This document shows positions 19,111-31,510 of a stretch of 64,000 nucleotides of DNA, piece by piece. The stretch comes from Corallochytrium limacisporum Hawaii (lineage: Eukaryota; Protista; Pluriformea): the NCBI GenBank assembly GCA_002811645.1, contig PDIP01000021.1, positions 124,001 through 188,000 of the forward strand. Reading direction: 5' to 3'. The position numbers were made by a program, and so were the translations under genes. Each line of letters starts with the position of its first letter. Position 1 is the first letter of the stretch. The notes under the pieces are model-generated. The model made no database searches, was not told the DNA's origin, and saw nothing but the letters and a program-made list of their open reading frames with translations.

Positions 19111-22105
19111 GTTGATCTATGTGTTGAGTTTGATATTTGCTTTTGTGGCTCACGAACGTTTCATGTTCGCTCTTGTGTTCGTGTGCTTTGTGTTTGGATC
19201 GCTTTAATGAACAACTATAACTCTTCGATCAGCACATTTTCTTTCGGTGCAAACGGTGATTCAAATAACTTGCCTGCTGTGATAAACGTGACACTCATCT
19301 GAAAGCACGTTAGCCACCTTTCTCTCCGCCAACGGAAATGGTTCTGATTCTTGAAACACACTATCCGTCGTCTGTGTTCATGTGTCCCATCGAAGTGCAA
19401 ACAGCACACCCGAACCGAACCACCCGTGACCGGTAAGGTCCCCCTTTTCTCCTCGTCTCCCGCTCGTGCCCTCCTCCACACCCCCACTTGTTCCACTGCC
19501 TCTGCAGTCCCGTTTCTGTAAGTTTGCTTATCAGCTCCTCCTTTTCCTTTTTGTCCTGGAAGGAAAAATAGGACCACAAGGGAAAGAGTGGTAGTAGAGA
19601 AACAAAAAACGACACCATACGGTCTTTCCCCGTGGTCTCTCCCCGTTCGTGCAAAGACAGGGTCTGCGGGCCAGCCCAGGGTGAGGCCTTTGAACGACAA
19701 ATGCAGAAAAATGCCCGCTCAGGGCAGTATATTTACTATTAGTTCACGACTTCCAACTTTTCTTTTAAGGATGAGGATTCCAATGCTGGAATTTCTCTCT
19801 CGCCCACACCATCCGACCCGGAGTCGACTTTCTTCTGCATTCAATATTTCTACATTTTCTGTTCGGTTTCCCCGATTCCCGAAACTTTTAGCGATGAGAA
19901 AATTGGTAGTCAAAGTATTTCGCAGAGATTCTTCGTTGAAAAAGTTAGAACGGTAGGAACAAGAAAGGAGGTAAGAAGAGGTGCGGTTCACCTTTCCCCC
20001 TAACCTAACCTCCCTCTCTCGCGTGCAGCTTTTCTGATCCTTTTTCAGAAATCCATCCTCTGGGAGTTTGACCCCCAGCATACACAATACACCTGCGACC
20101 TCCGCGTGTAGCACATCGGTCCGAACTCGCCAGGCCCAAGGGAAAGCAGCTGTCTCGCACATTAGCAAAAACGAGAGAGCACACACACTCCGACACACAC
20201 TCCGAACCAATTGAAAAAAGTAATATGAGATGGACAAGTTGTTTCAGTATTGGGAATCCCGGAAAGGGAAGAAATATGGATCAGCACTGGCCAACGGTTA
20301 CTGAGATGGTGGGCAAGTGCGGATGGCTTTCCTCGATACCTATCAATCTTCAGGTGCTCCTATTTGAATATTAAGTATGCACGATATTTGGGCGATGAGT
20401 GTCCCCCTTTGAGAGAGCAACGTTCTCAAAAATCTGCATAAGATTAAAGGAGTGGCTGTCGTGATGGACCTCTCACACACGCGACCGCGAGTTGGATGCT
20501 AGAAGCCGTCCGCGCGGGGAGGGGGGGGGGTGTGCGTCAGGTCACGACACCGGCACTGTGAGGTCGTAAATGCCATTTAACTCTTCTGACTTCGACTTCA
20601 TTAAAATATGTTGAATATGAAGATTGAAACCTCAATGGTTCTGAGAATGTTGCAGACCACTCGTTGGAAATTTTCTTCCCTGCTGCGATCACGAAATGCC
20701 TGCTCGTCCTTTCACCTTTTTGTTCCGGATGGGATGGATGGCTCATGCTGCCAAGATTGCACACACTGGTTAGCATCTTCGCATCCTGATCCGTCCCAAA
20801 AAAAGGAAAAATAAACAGAAACACGTAGTCCGTTACGGACTCCACAACCATCCTGCTGCCACTGAGGTCCAAGAGAAAGTGGGTTTCTATTCCTTATACT
20901 CCTTAACCCGTACGAGTCTCCTGGGTAATGTCTCGCTGTCCTTCTCTCTTTGACTGACAGGAGATCAGTTTTTCCATGGCGGGTACTTCACGCTCAATTG
21001 CTAAGTTTTCCCGTGGTCGAGTCGCGTGCGTTCTTTTTCACGTTTCTTTACGAGCTCATCGTTGTTCCGTTCCCGTCCTTACTATTTGACCAAAGTGCTT
21101 GCTAAATGCTTCATGTCAGAGCACCAGAGATTTCCATCTCCCTTCACTGATCCTTTGCTTCTAAGGGGGCTTTGGTTGCAAGAAGACTTTTTTACCTGCT
21201 AAGACAGAAGAACAGGGGGACCTCGCGAGATCGCTGAGTCCTAATTTTAGCCTAGAGGGCTGATGTGTCAGCAAGCAAAGAAGTTTAGTTCTATCCCTAC
21301 CATTTCTCTTGTGGTCAGCGAATGCAGTTTTCCACGGGGCCCGGTCAAAAACTCACGGACAAACAGAAACCGATCGAATACAAAAGGGGGAAGGAGCACA
21401 AGACCGAGAATCGGGTCACCCATGCTGCATAGCAATCGTACGGTAACTGTCCAAAAACCACTCTCAGTGGACGAAGACTTTCGCGTTTCAGCATAGTAAC
21501 CTTTAATGAAAATTCTTATCGTGTCGGATGGGTCTGAAATGATTCAGATGCTTGTGGAATGGAAGACTGTGGTGGGGACATTTACAGAGGGAGACTTTGC
21601 CTCCAACAAAAATGCAACCAACCTGGTGAATAGAGTTGCTTTTCTAAGACACTCCCTTGCCAATTGCACGAAAACGGGGGCGGGGTCTCGGTGGGGGGTG
21701 AGGCGAGGGGGGACGTAGGGGGTTACGCGCGGGTCGGATGATGTGATGCAGTCCATAGAAAACGTACTCTTGGCCAGGAAATTGTATGGAAAATGGCCGG
21801 GGCTGAAAGCCTGTTGGTTTCATTTCGTGGATTTTTCTCAAAGTCTCAATCTGGCGTCTGTTTCAAGTTTTCGACATATCCAAGTAAAGGCAGTGTGTGT
21901 CCTGCTAAGAAAGGGGAATTGCCCCAGGCAACCCTCAGTGAGCCCATGAAATATGTATGAATGATACTTCAATTCCCATGCAGAATGCCGCAAGCAGGCT
22001 ATGGGGAGAGTGTGTGTCTGATAGTCAAACCCCCCCCTCCTTTACAACAAGTGTGACGCCCGGGGCCCCGGCTACTGTGACTGAATACCCAATCCCCCAC
22101 TCCCA

Positions 22106-22327
22106 NNNNNNNNNNNNNNNNNNNNNNNNNNNNNNNNNNNNNNNNNNNNNNNNNNNNNNNNNNNNNNNNNNNNNNNNNNNNNNNNNNNNNNNNNNNNNNN
22201 NNNNNNNNNNNNNNNNNNNNNNNNNNNNNNNNNNNNNNNNNNNNNNNNNNNNNNNNNNNNNNNNNNNNNNNNNNNNNNNNNNNNNNNNNNNNNNNNNNNN
22301 NNNNNNNNNNNNNNNNNNNNNNNNNNN
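22106..22327. other. Assembly gap (222 N) flanked by C-rich tracts
   Basis: Run of N; C-rich sequence lies on both sides. Confidence 0.99.
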
Positions 22328-25300
22328 ACCCCCCCCCCAGGGGAAGGGGGAACTCCCCTCTTGTTCATTGTCCTTCCCAACGCTTGTGCATTCTTTCACT
22401 GGGGATTTACAATATGCCATATGGCGATGAATAAATTTCGAGAACTGAGGGATATATTTCGATCAAATATCAATAGGGTCCCCCATTAAATAAGGGTAAC
22501 TGCGCTTTGGCCCTTATCAGTGTTTCAGCTTGTTTGCTCTGGGCGCCAAGACTTCGGAGCATGTGTGGCAGATGAATGTCGTGCTCTGCGTTCTTGAAAG
22601 GGAGGAACAAAAGGCCTCAAAAACTGAGATTGCCAGGCTAGTGATACCTCTTCTTTCACCTCACCAATCAAACTCCGAGGCCCGTCCATACTGAAAATAT
22701 TGAGTCTAGCAACTTGATTCGCACACCAATAAATACAATAAAGGGCCGAGACCACAATCGATTCTTACCATTACCTACCTGGTCTCCTGTGTTCCTGCAA
22801 AACACAGACCGCAAGCTTACCTTACACGAGTATCACGATTCACAGCGTCATTCGATCGTGGCTCCGTTCAAAACATTTAGACCTTCTATACCAATTGCTT
22901 GGCTCAGGAAACGTATGATCACCCCGCCATTCTGACGACCAAAAGGGGGATGGGCGCACACAATCTCGCCATCACCCGTGTTCCGGTGTCGGACGTTTGA
23001 CCGCACCCGATAGATATTGACTGAGAATACTGGGACCCTACAGAAGTTTGATTTTAAGCCAGTGAATTCCAAACCAATCTATCAAAAAGCGGCTTTGATA
23101 CGATTTTGTTGACACATGTGAAACACTCTCTCCAAGGTACTTGCGGAGCACATTCCTTTTTAGATGCCATCCATGCTGATTGATGTGATCGTAGGCAGCG
23201 CTCGCTGATATTAGGTGATCACCAACTCTCAGTTGACCATTGCGTGCATAGACTTCTTCCAACCAATGAAGACGAGGATACTTGATTCACCTACTCTACC
23301 GACATCCGTGCCGGATCACACCATCTTTATTGGTGAAAGGAGATGTAAATTGTGAACGTTGGGTGGAGGTATGTGCCACAGCTGTAGTAATAATGACGAC
23401 AAGCGAGAAGATATGTCCTTGCGATACCAATAAGATCACAGTCAAGCAGGATCGTTCATGTTGGAGTCATTTGACCTTTCGCTATCGAACTGTGGATATG
23501 ACCACTAATCTGTGGCAAGCAACGTACACATTCCATACCGTTCCAACGAATCTCATCTCAGACGCTATAGCACCTTTAGCTGATGTGTAGTTATCACTCT
23601 GTACCACGAACGTTCGCGACAGACCTGTTTTACAGCTGCAGACGGCATTTGAGATTTTGCTTTGCTGTGTGTCGGAGAGTGTGGGCACAATCTATGCCGG
23701 CATCAAGGTACCTACGAACCCGTTTCCCTGGGACATGTCACTCTCATTTCCTTCCAGGATGTCTTCACTACTCCATATCCGGCTCACACTTCTCTGTCGT
23801 CATTTCCAAGATTGGCACCGGACATCGAGCAGGTAATTAGCGTGGATATCATCACACCTTTGTCTTATTTCCAACTGGGTTCTACTTAAGTGAAAGCAAT
23901 TTTAGACTGTGGGCATGGCCCCGGAGATGAACCGGTCCCCCTTTTCTACCTGGATCAGAGACTGGATAGAAAAGCTGGGATACCTGCTGGATCGAGTGCC
24001 CTCAAGGTCACTCCCAACAGTTGACGTGCGCTCCGATCACCTACTACGCGTGAATAGGAACTCAGACAGTAGAGAGATTGTCTGGCGAAAGGGCTCATAG
24101 GACCCCAACATACAAACATGTTTCTCTAGTTTAATCTCAACTTCTCAAATTTTCGGAGAGCACGAATAGAAAAGGAAACAGCACCAGATAAACCCACATT
24201 CTCTCAATTGGGTATCGAAAGTATGATACTGTTGTACGGGGCCATGCACCCTAAATCACGTCAAAGCAAATGAGTGTTCGGGGTTGTCCATGAGGCACAA
24301 CAGCACAACAGCAGTCCAGCCCACTTCATGACGAAACTCGATCGTGTGTTCTTTGCAGGGTAAAGTGTGGTGGCCGTGGTCGGGTTTGATCCGCGTATTC
24401 AAATTCATCAATGACTGAGCGAAAAATGATCTCATTTCTGTAGAGGCAGACGGTCCGCCACCTCAAAATGATAATGTACGGATCGGTCACACCTCATGTT
24501 CTGCTGATGTACACAGAATACTGGAATATGAATGTGTGGGATGGACAGTGGGGCTTGCTCTGTGTCTGTTCAACCCCCGTGTTTGCCGTAAGATCTACAA
24601 TGGATTGGGTGAGACTTGTGTGGTGCCAAACCCAGTACTTTCCCCTTGCCTTCTAAGCAGGTCCTGCGAGGGCTCGGTCAGCAACTGTCTCATAGTCGGT
24701 TTCTCCGGGGAATATCATATCATTGGGATTTCTTCGAAATATCCCGAATCCCCACCATTCATTCACATACGCCCACTGTGTTGAGGGAAGTGATTCCACA
24801 AATATGAAAAGAGACACAATTCTTCCGTTTGCTTCTACATTGAACGAACTAAACACCCACAGAGTGCACACAATCGATCTCGTTGCTAACAGGTTTCTAA
24901 GCGAGTCCATGGATAAACCAGGGGTCTGCGGTGAGGGTGTCCGACTGTTAATCATTGCCAATGCGAGACTGAGTAATTCATTTGGGATCCATCACGGCGA
25001 ATTTCATACCACTAGCAATATAGCAGCAGCAAGCAAATATCTGACGCCTATGCCTAACTGTTGACGTGTTGGGAATGAAATCCTGTCTATTACTGTCGAA
25101 GGTTCATCGCACACTTGGACCGGATAGAGAGTTTGAAAGCCCCGAGTTGACCACGTAAAGAGATCCCAAGTTACGGAACCTGTTTCTCGCCCGCGACAAA
25201 CTTCATCAATTTTGACATGGGGGAGCACTTGCTCGTTTCCATGCATAGAACAGTGCTTTCCATCTTTTGTCCTGTCTCTTTCATGGCAGAAAACGAACGA

Positions 25301-28300
25301 CAAGGTCCGCCATCACGCCTTCGACACACGCGCTCTGTGCTATCACTTGCAATACTCATGTGGCGTGTTTTAGTCAATAGTGTATCGCAAAAGGTACCCA
25401 ACGTAGACTAATCCATCTGGAATTAATTAATGGAAAAACGTGAAAGCTTGGTCTACACTTAGATCAACCAGAAAATTACCCCCACGCACAGATGTACTTC
25501 CCAAAAGCATCAACATTGCATCCTAGATTTCTGCTGAGATCTAACCGAGATGCACACGCAGACACCAACCCTTCATCATCGTTCTTGGCATCCACAAAAA
25601 CTAGAGACACATCACAACACACACATCACCATCATCATCCAGGCGGAATGAATGAAAGATTGGCCCCGTGTGCGATGGCGAGACATGATGATGATACTGA
25701 CGTTGAGTCAGACTTGTGTATGATGCTCTAAAGTCGCTGCAATTGGAGAAAGAATAGGCAAGTGAGTGGGGTTATTTTCTTACTCAGGAACCTTTATTGC
25801 ATTAGTCGACATCGGGAGAAGTCCGCTATGTGTTGCCAAACAGTGAGATCATCGCGCCTAATGTTTGCTCTCTATGATAGTAGTTACTGGCAAATCCCTA
25901 AGAAAGTTGGAGATTTCTGAGTGAAGTGAGAAGAAGGAGGTAGACAAAAGACTCTTCAGCCTCGTTCTGGAGACATCGTGACCTTCAAAGTGGAGTTCAG
26001 CTAGAGGTCAACTTCGAGTACGAGCCGGAGGATTCTCAAATCTTCCCCTTACCTGGCGCCTTGCTTATTCGCTTGGCTCAGTAGCGGCGATCTCCGGGCA
26101 GATGGTTTGTTGGAAATTTGTTGGAGACATATCTGATGGTGGACAGGTAGCTTAATACATGCTAAACCGGCAGAGTATGTTCTGAACGGCGGAATCGCGT
26201 CCTGCACAATTTGGTCCTGAGTTTGCATGTTCTCTTTGGTCCACTCCGTTTCGACTGTCGTGCTCATTAGATCAGAACACAGGAGCCCCTTGAGTTACCC
26301 ACACTGGCCCCACAGTATGCAATCGCCGCTCACCCGGCTTCAGTGACAGGCAACCGGAATGTTCTTGATACTGAGACCCCTCTAACCCCGTCCGTTGGAT
26401 TCCTTTCCTGCTCTCTTCCTCTCCATCCTCCTTTCGAGTAAATTCTGCCTGCCAAAGACGACTCTCCACAAGAACCGCAGAGGAAATGACGTGCTTGGGA
26501 GCTCGGATGTGAATGGTTTCAACTAACTGCGGGTCTCACTCATTGGGACTATGTATTTCTGCCCGCAACACACAAAGGAGTACTTAACTTTCACACTTTT
26601 TTCCCATCCCCGGCCTCAAGGCCACGAGTATGTTTGGTGCTGCTTGGAGAAGTGAGTACCTGGTACTTATAGAGCAGCAGCCCAGATGCACTTTTAGTTG
26701 TGCCTTAGACTTTGGTGGGTGCAAACGTGTGTCGACCATTTCCTTCTCAGCAATGGAATGCCCTCCATTTAGTAGGGGGCATCATCATGAGAGGTGTGGT
26801 AGGTGTGGGTGTAATACATCTAGAACGCACCCACCACACTATGCGTACACGTTTTTGGATTCACTGTAAGATTGTGCGGATGTTTTGTAGCAGGTAACAC
26901 GAGACGGTGCCTAAAGATGTCATCGGAAGGAATCCTTTTGCCTGCAATCTTCTTCCAGACAGCGTGAAGGTCACCATAACCTTGTGTCAAAATTTGCGAG
27001 CGCCATTTGCTGTCTTCGTCAGCACTTGCCAATTTTCCCCCTCGTATGAGTACTGTAGCCAAGTACTGGTCCACCAGACCACTGGTACACATCTTCGAAA
27101 TCTCGTAAGAATATAATCACCTGTGTATTTCGACCAATCAGAGGCCGCTTGTCATAAAGTTCAAAGCCCTCAGTTGTAAACCCCGAATTACGCTTCGGCC
27201 GGTCAAGCTGAGAAAGGAACGAATCAGGGCGGTATCAAGCAAAGACGAATACTCTCGTGGAAACAGGAGTATGTGCGGCCAGACTTCACAGGCATCATCG
27301 TGCAGTGCAGTGTGGAGACCGTGAGTCCCCTCCTTGTTTTGCCCGCATTTCATTTATGAGTGTGTGCCACTCTCTATGATGTGCAGCATCTCTTCCACAC
27401 CCATCATCGGCCCCTCGCGAAAATCGATACTTTTGTACGTGGAAGAAAGGGGGAAAAACAGAAACGGAAGGAAGCAAACGGAAGGGGGTCTCTTGTTGTC
27501 CACGCATTCCTCATTTATGGTGTTTCTCTACGTGTTACGCGCAAGACAATGCTCCACCACCATTCATCACCCACAGGTGCATGGGTAAAAAATGATTCGG
27601 TCCTACTATTGTACCTTTTGTCAGTATGGAGCACCGCAGCTCTTGAGACCAACGCAATAAGCATGGACAAGCTTGCATGGATATTAGTACCCTACACACA
27701 ACCAACACGCAAATTTAACACCCAATCTCATTCACAGAGATTATCAAATCATCAGAGAGGGAAGGTAGATATTCAATGTACGTAAATTGGTCCAGCTACC
27801 GGCGCCATTGGTCAACACAGTGGGAGTGCAAAAAATTGCCGCAAGACTTGCGTTCTCATAGCAAAGAGCAAAGCATCTTCGTATCTCATAGCTTGCTGAA
27901 AAACTTCGCTAGATGAAATTTGAACACCCTCCTCCCTTCCTCTCCCTTGTCTTCATTGCCCGTAAGGGAACTGCTTATCTTCTAATTTCTAACTCTATCC
28001 AGTTCAACTGGCAAGAGTTAGAAACCCTCCCTGCTCTGTACAAACAGTATGGGGGTCCTCTTTTTCTAACTCGCAATCGCCGGGGGTCGTTCTGTTTGGA
28101 TATCGTGTGTTTGTTCGGAGGTAGCCAGTACAAATTGTATTATGGTACACTCCGGTCGCATGAGTCCTGCCTGCACTCGTTCTGTCTTCGGAGACTGTTG
28201 GGTTGGTGACCATAGCAAAATTCTAACTTCTCAGCTTGTCCCCACATTCCTGACCGCACAGTAGTAATAGATCCCTGTCTTTTTTCGGTGGCGAATTTCT

Positions 28301-29434
28301 CTTCTGTCCTATTTCTGTGCAGTCGGTTTTTCAATTGCGCGAAAAGAAATCCTTCTCGTCCAGTACTGCGATTTCGTGTTGCCGTGCAAAGGAATAACCA
28401 AAAGTTAGCCCACTACGCGGGGCAAAGGGTCTAGAGTGAGCAGTGAACAGTGTGAGATTCTGTTTCTATACTTTCTCCACCTCGCTTCTCTCCTGGCCTC
28501 CAGTTTTTACTGGGAATCCGAAGCACTGCAACGGTACTCCACCGAAGTACGGAGGTGCGAGAACGATGGGCTTGTGTGGGCCGGAGGTATACTGCCGCCA
28601 TATACCTGAGGGTTCGGTACACGGTGCCGCTCTTTCCGCTCTGATACATAACTGAATAATGGGACACAAGAAATGTGAGAGGACGGCTACCAGGAACAGC
28701 GTAAGAATGGAGGTACAGGGCTGGGCATCGAATGTATGGAGCGTGGTATTTGCTGCTGGTGTGAGTAATGGGTACGTGACTGATGATTTCAAACCGGGAA
28801 GAGAAATGGAAGGAAAAGAAAGATAGATAAATGTGAAGATATGTAGTTTCATAGAAAATTAGTAGAAAAAATTTGGATCGGTGGGAGAGTTCTGGCATGC
28901 AATGACGAAGGTGAGATATTTCCAGACTTCGCGGAATGTCGAGCGATTGGTGTAGGATAGAAGCTACAGGACACAGTGGATGGGATTTTTCCCATACTCA
29001 TCTATATAGCTTTCTAACTCAATCATGGCGGTTTGGTCCATGTCTTGCGAACACGGGCACCGGGGTCTAAATTGTTCGAAGACCAGGAGGCGCCCGCCTT
29101 CTGCAATTTCAAACTGACGGTATATTTAAATCCCCACAGGGATCTCGTGGCTGAGCTCCGCGTTTGGCTTACCCCCCCCCCCGACGCCCTTTTCCATATT
29201 GGCACAAGGAATATCGGCCCGGTCGTCACAAAGGATTAGATATCCGGATCTTGAGTTTAAAATAATAAAATCAGTACAATGATTGTAATTGAATACTATT
29301 GATTAATCACAGCCAGAGGGATGTTGCCATCCCCCCTCCCCGGGGCCCGGGGTGCGTGGTCTCCGTATTGCCTGTCACTGCTGGGGCCGGTTCAGCCCAT
29401 ATTATCCTTTTGCCGGTTCTTTATCTTTTTTGGT

Positions 29435-29435
<1 letters not shown>

Positions 29436-29470
<35 letters not shown>
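29436..29470. repeat. (GA)n microsatellite
   Basis: Uninterrupted GA run within the low-complexity region upstream of the gene at 30232. Confidence 0.95.
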
Positions 29471-29474
<4 letters not shown>

Positions 29475-30231
29475 AGAGGGAGGGAAAGAGAAGGAAGGAA
29501 AAGTTATTCTGCGTCAGCTGACAGTGAACCACTCCCCCCCGGGGGGGGGATCGGACCCCCATTTGCTACCAGACACGGGTTGTGATCGAACAAAAGTCAC
29601 CCCGGGATAGCACGGCAACTTCAACGCGCCTCCTTAGCGAAGCCCGGTAGTTTTTTTTTTTTTGGGCTTCAGTCCTGTTATTTTTGTGCGCGTGTGTGTG
29701 GGTTTTTCCTTTTGCCGGCAATCAGAAGATGAAGATGAAGGGGAGTCATAGGGGTAGCTAGACAACACCACGACACCACCACCAGTCCCCCACTTCTTCC
29801 CCCCCTCTTCTCTCCCCGCCCAAAACCACAATTTTTTTTTTTCTGGTGTGCCGGAGTGTCAGTTTCGCGATCTGTGCGCAGCAGCGCCTGGAGGAGGGTT
29901 CTACTCTCCTCCACTGCGTTTGGGGCCTTGGTGAAAGACGGGACCAAGAACACAAAAGAGAACAAGGAAGAAAAAGGTAAGGGAAAAAGAGAGGGAGAGG
30001 GGTCCATTGTGTGTTCTGAGAAATGGGGGGGAGGGAGAATCCGAACGCGCGAGAGTGGGGTGTTGAGTCGATGTATTAAGGAGCGGATGATGTGAACGGG
30101 GTCAGGAGACTCCTCAGTCTGCGCCAGATTGAGGTACTAAAGGGTCCAGAACTGTGTATGACAGAGGTACGATTGCGAAATCACATGAGAGGTCGCAGTA
30201 TTGAGTTTGGAGCCGATGCTCAACAGGAAAC

Positions 30232-31386
30232 ATGTCTGAGGACAAGAAGAAAATTGTTGTCGTTGGAGGCAACTACGGGGCACTTCGTGCTCTTCATGGC
30301 CTAGGAGATCTGTTTGATGTTACCGTCATTGAGCCTAAGGAATACATTGAGGTGACTCCTGGAACCATTCATGCGCTTTTCCAGCCGACCGAGGAGGATG
30401 TGGTGAAAGCTCAGAAGAAGATTTCTGCTCCAGTGACCGAATTTGACATGTATCAGAAGGCGAAGCATGTTGAACACGACTTTGTGAAGGAAATTACTGC
30501 CGAAGAAGTGGTCACTCTGGGAGGCAAATCTTTCAAATACGATTACGTAATTATCAACTCCGGCAGTACTGTATCAGGTCCCTGGAAGACCAAAAAGTCC
30601 GGGGGAAAGATTACATTGGAGGACCGCATTGAGGAACTCAAGGCCGAGTACAAGGAATACACGGCTGCTAAGTCCTTCTGCGTCATTGGCACTGGTGTCA
30701 CTGGGACTGAAATTTCTGGTGAGATCGCTGAGCGCCGACCTGACAGTGAAGTCCATGTCGTGACTGGCAGGGCCGGAGTCTTGCCGGGAATGAAAGAAAA
30801 ACTACGCAAGGAGGGCGAGGAGACTCTTAAAGCTTTCAAGAATGTCGTTTTGCACAAGAACATGAGGGGAACTGTGGAAGATTCTGACAGCACTGGACCA
30901 GTGACCGTTAAGATCAGCGACGATGAAAAGGAAGAGAGTATCACTGTCGACAAAGTTTACGTCGCCACTGGTATCAAGCCCAACACCAGCTTTGCCAAGA
31001 ATGACTTCCTGCAGGAGAGCCTCGACGACAAAGGATATCTTAAGGTGAACCAATTCTTCCAGGTTGGCGGTCATGAGAATATCTTTGCCGTTGGCGACTG
31101 TGCCTCTGTGGAGGGAGTCAAAGACCCCAAGATGATGAAGTTGGCCGTCGACCACGGAAATATGCTCAACAGCATTCTGTCCTCTCTTGCCAAGAAGGGC
31201 AAGCTGCCATCCAAGGGATGGCACGGTGAAGATTGGTCTGCCATGCTGGTCAGCATTGGGCCCTCTCAGGGTGTTGGACACATTCGATTCATCAACTTCA
31301 CCGGTTGGTGGGGCCATGGTTCCTCCCTGATGATGCGGATTAAGCTCGGTTTCCTTGGTTCCACAATTAGCCGCCTCAAAGGCTAG
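30232..31386 (+). CDS. FAD-dependent NAD(P)H oxidoreductase, AIFM2/FSP1/AMID-like
   Basis: Two Rossmann motifs (IVVVGGNYGA; VIGTGVTGTEISGEI), plus YDYVIINSGS, ATGIKPNT, NIFAVGD and C-terminal MLVSIGPSQGVG. Confidence 0.88.
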   Translation: MSEDKKKIVVVGGNYGALRALHGLGDLFDVTVIEPKEYIEVTPGTIHALFQPTEEDVVKAQKKISAPVTEFDMYQKAKHVEHDFVKEITAEEVVTLGGKSFKYDYVIINSGSTVSGPWKTKKSGGKITLEDRIEELKAEYKEYTAAKSFCVIGTGVTGTEISGEIAERRPDSEVHVVTGRAGVLPGMKEKLRKEGEETLKAFKNVVLHKNMRGTVEDSDSTGPVTVKISDDEKEESITVDKVYVATGIKPNTSFAKNDFLQESLDDKGYLKVNQFFQVGGHENIFAVGDCASVEGVKDPKMMKLAVDHGNMLNSILSSLAKKGKLPSKGWHGEDWSAMLVSIGPSQGVGHIRFINFTGWWGHGSSLMMRIKLGFLGSTISRLKG

Positions 31387-31510
31387 GATGGAATGCCCTC
31401 AACATTTAAATAGACTCCGTAGATCGTCACATGTACATTCGGAACAGTTTCGTTTGGGTGATGATATTTTGATGTTGATATGGATTTAAGGATTTGTGGT
31501 GTTATAAGGC

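Noticed and set aside
26045-26065. CTTACCTGGC resembling the U1 snRNA 5' end, or a minus-strand donor ending ORF 26049-26267
   Set aside because: There are no U1 stem-loops or Sm site, and no convincing branch point plus pyrimidine tract for an intron.
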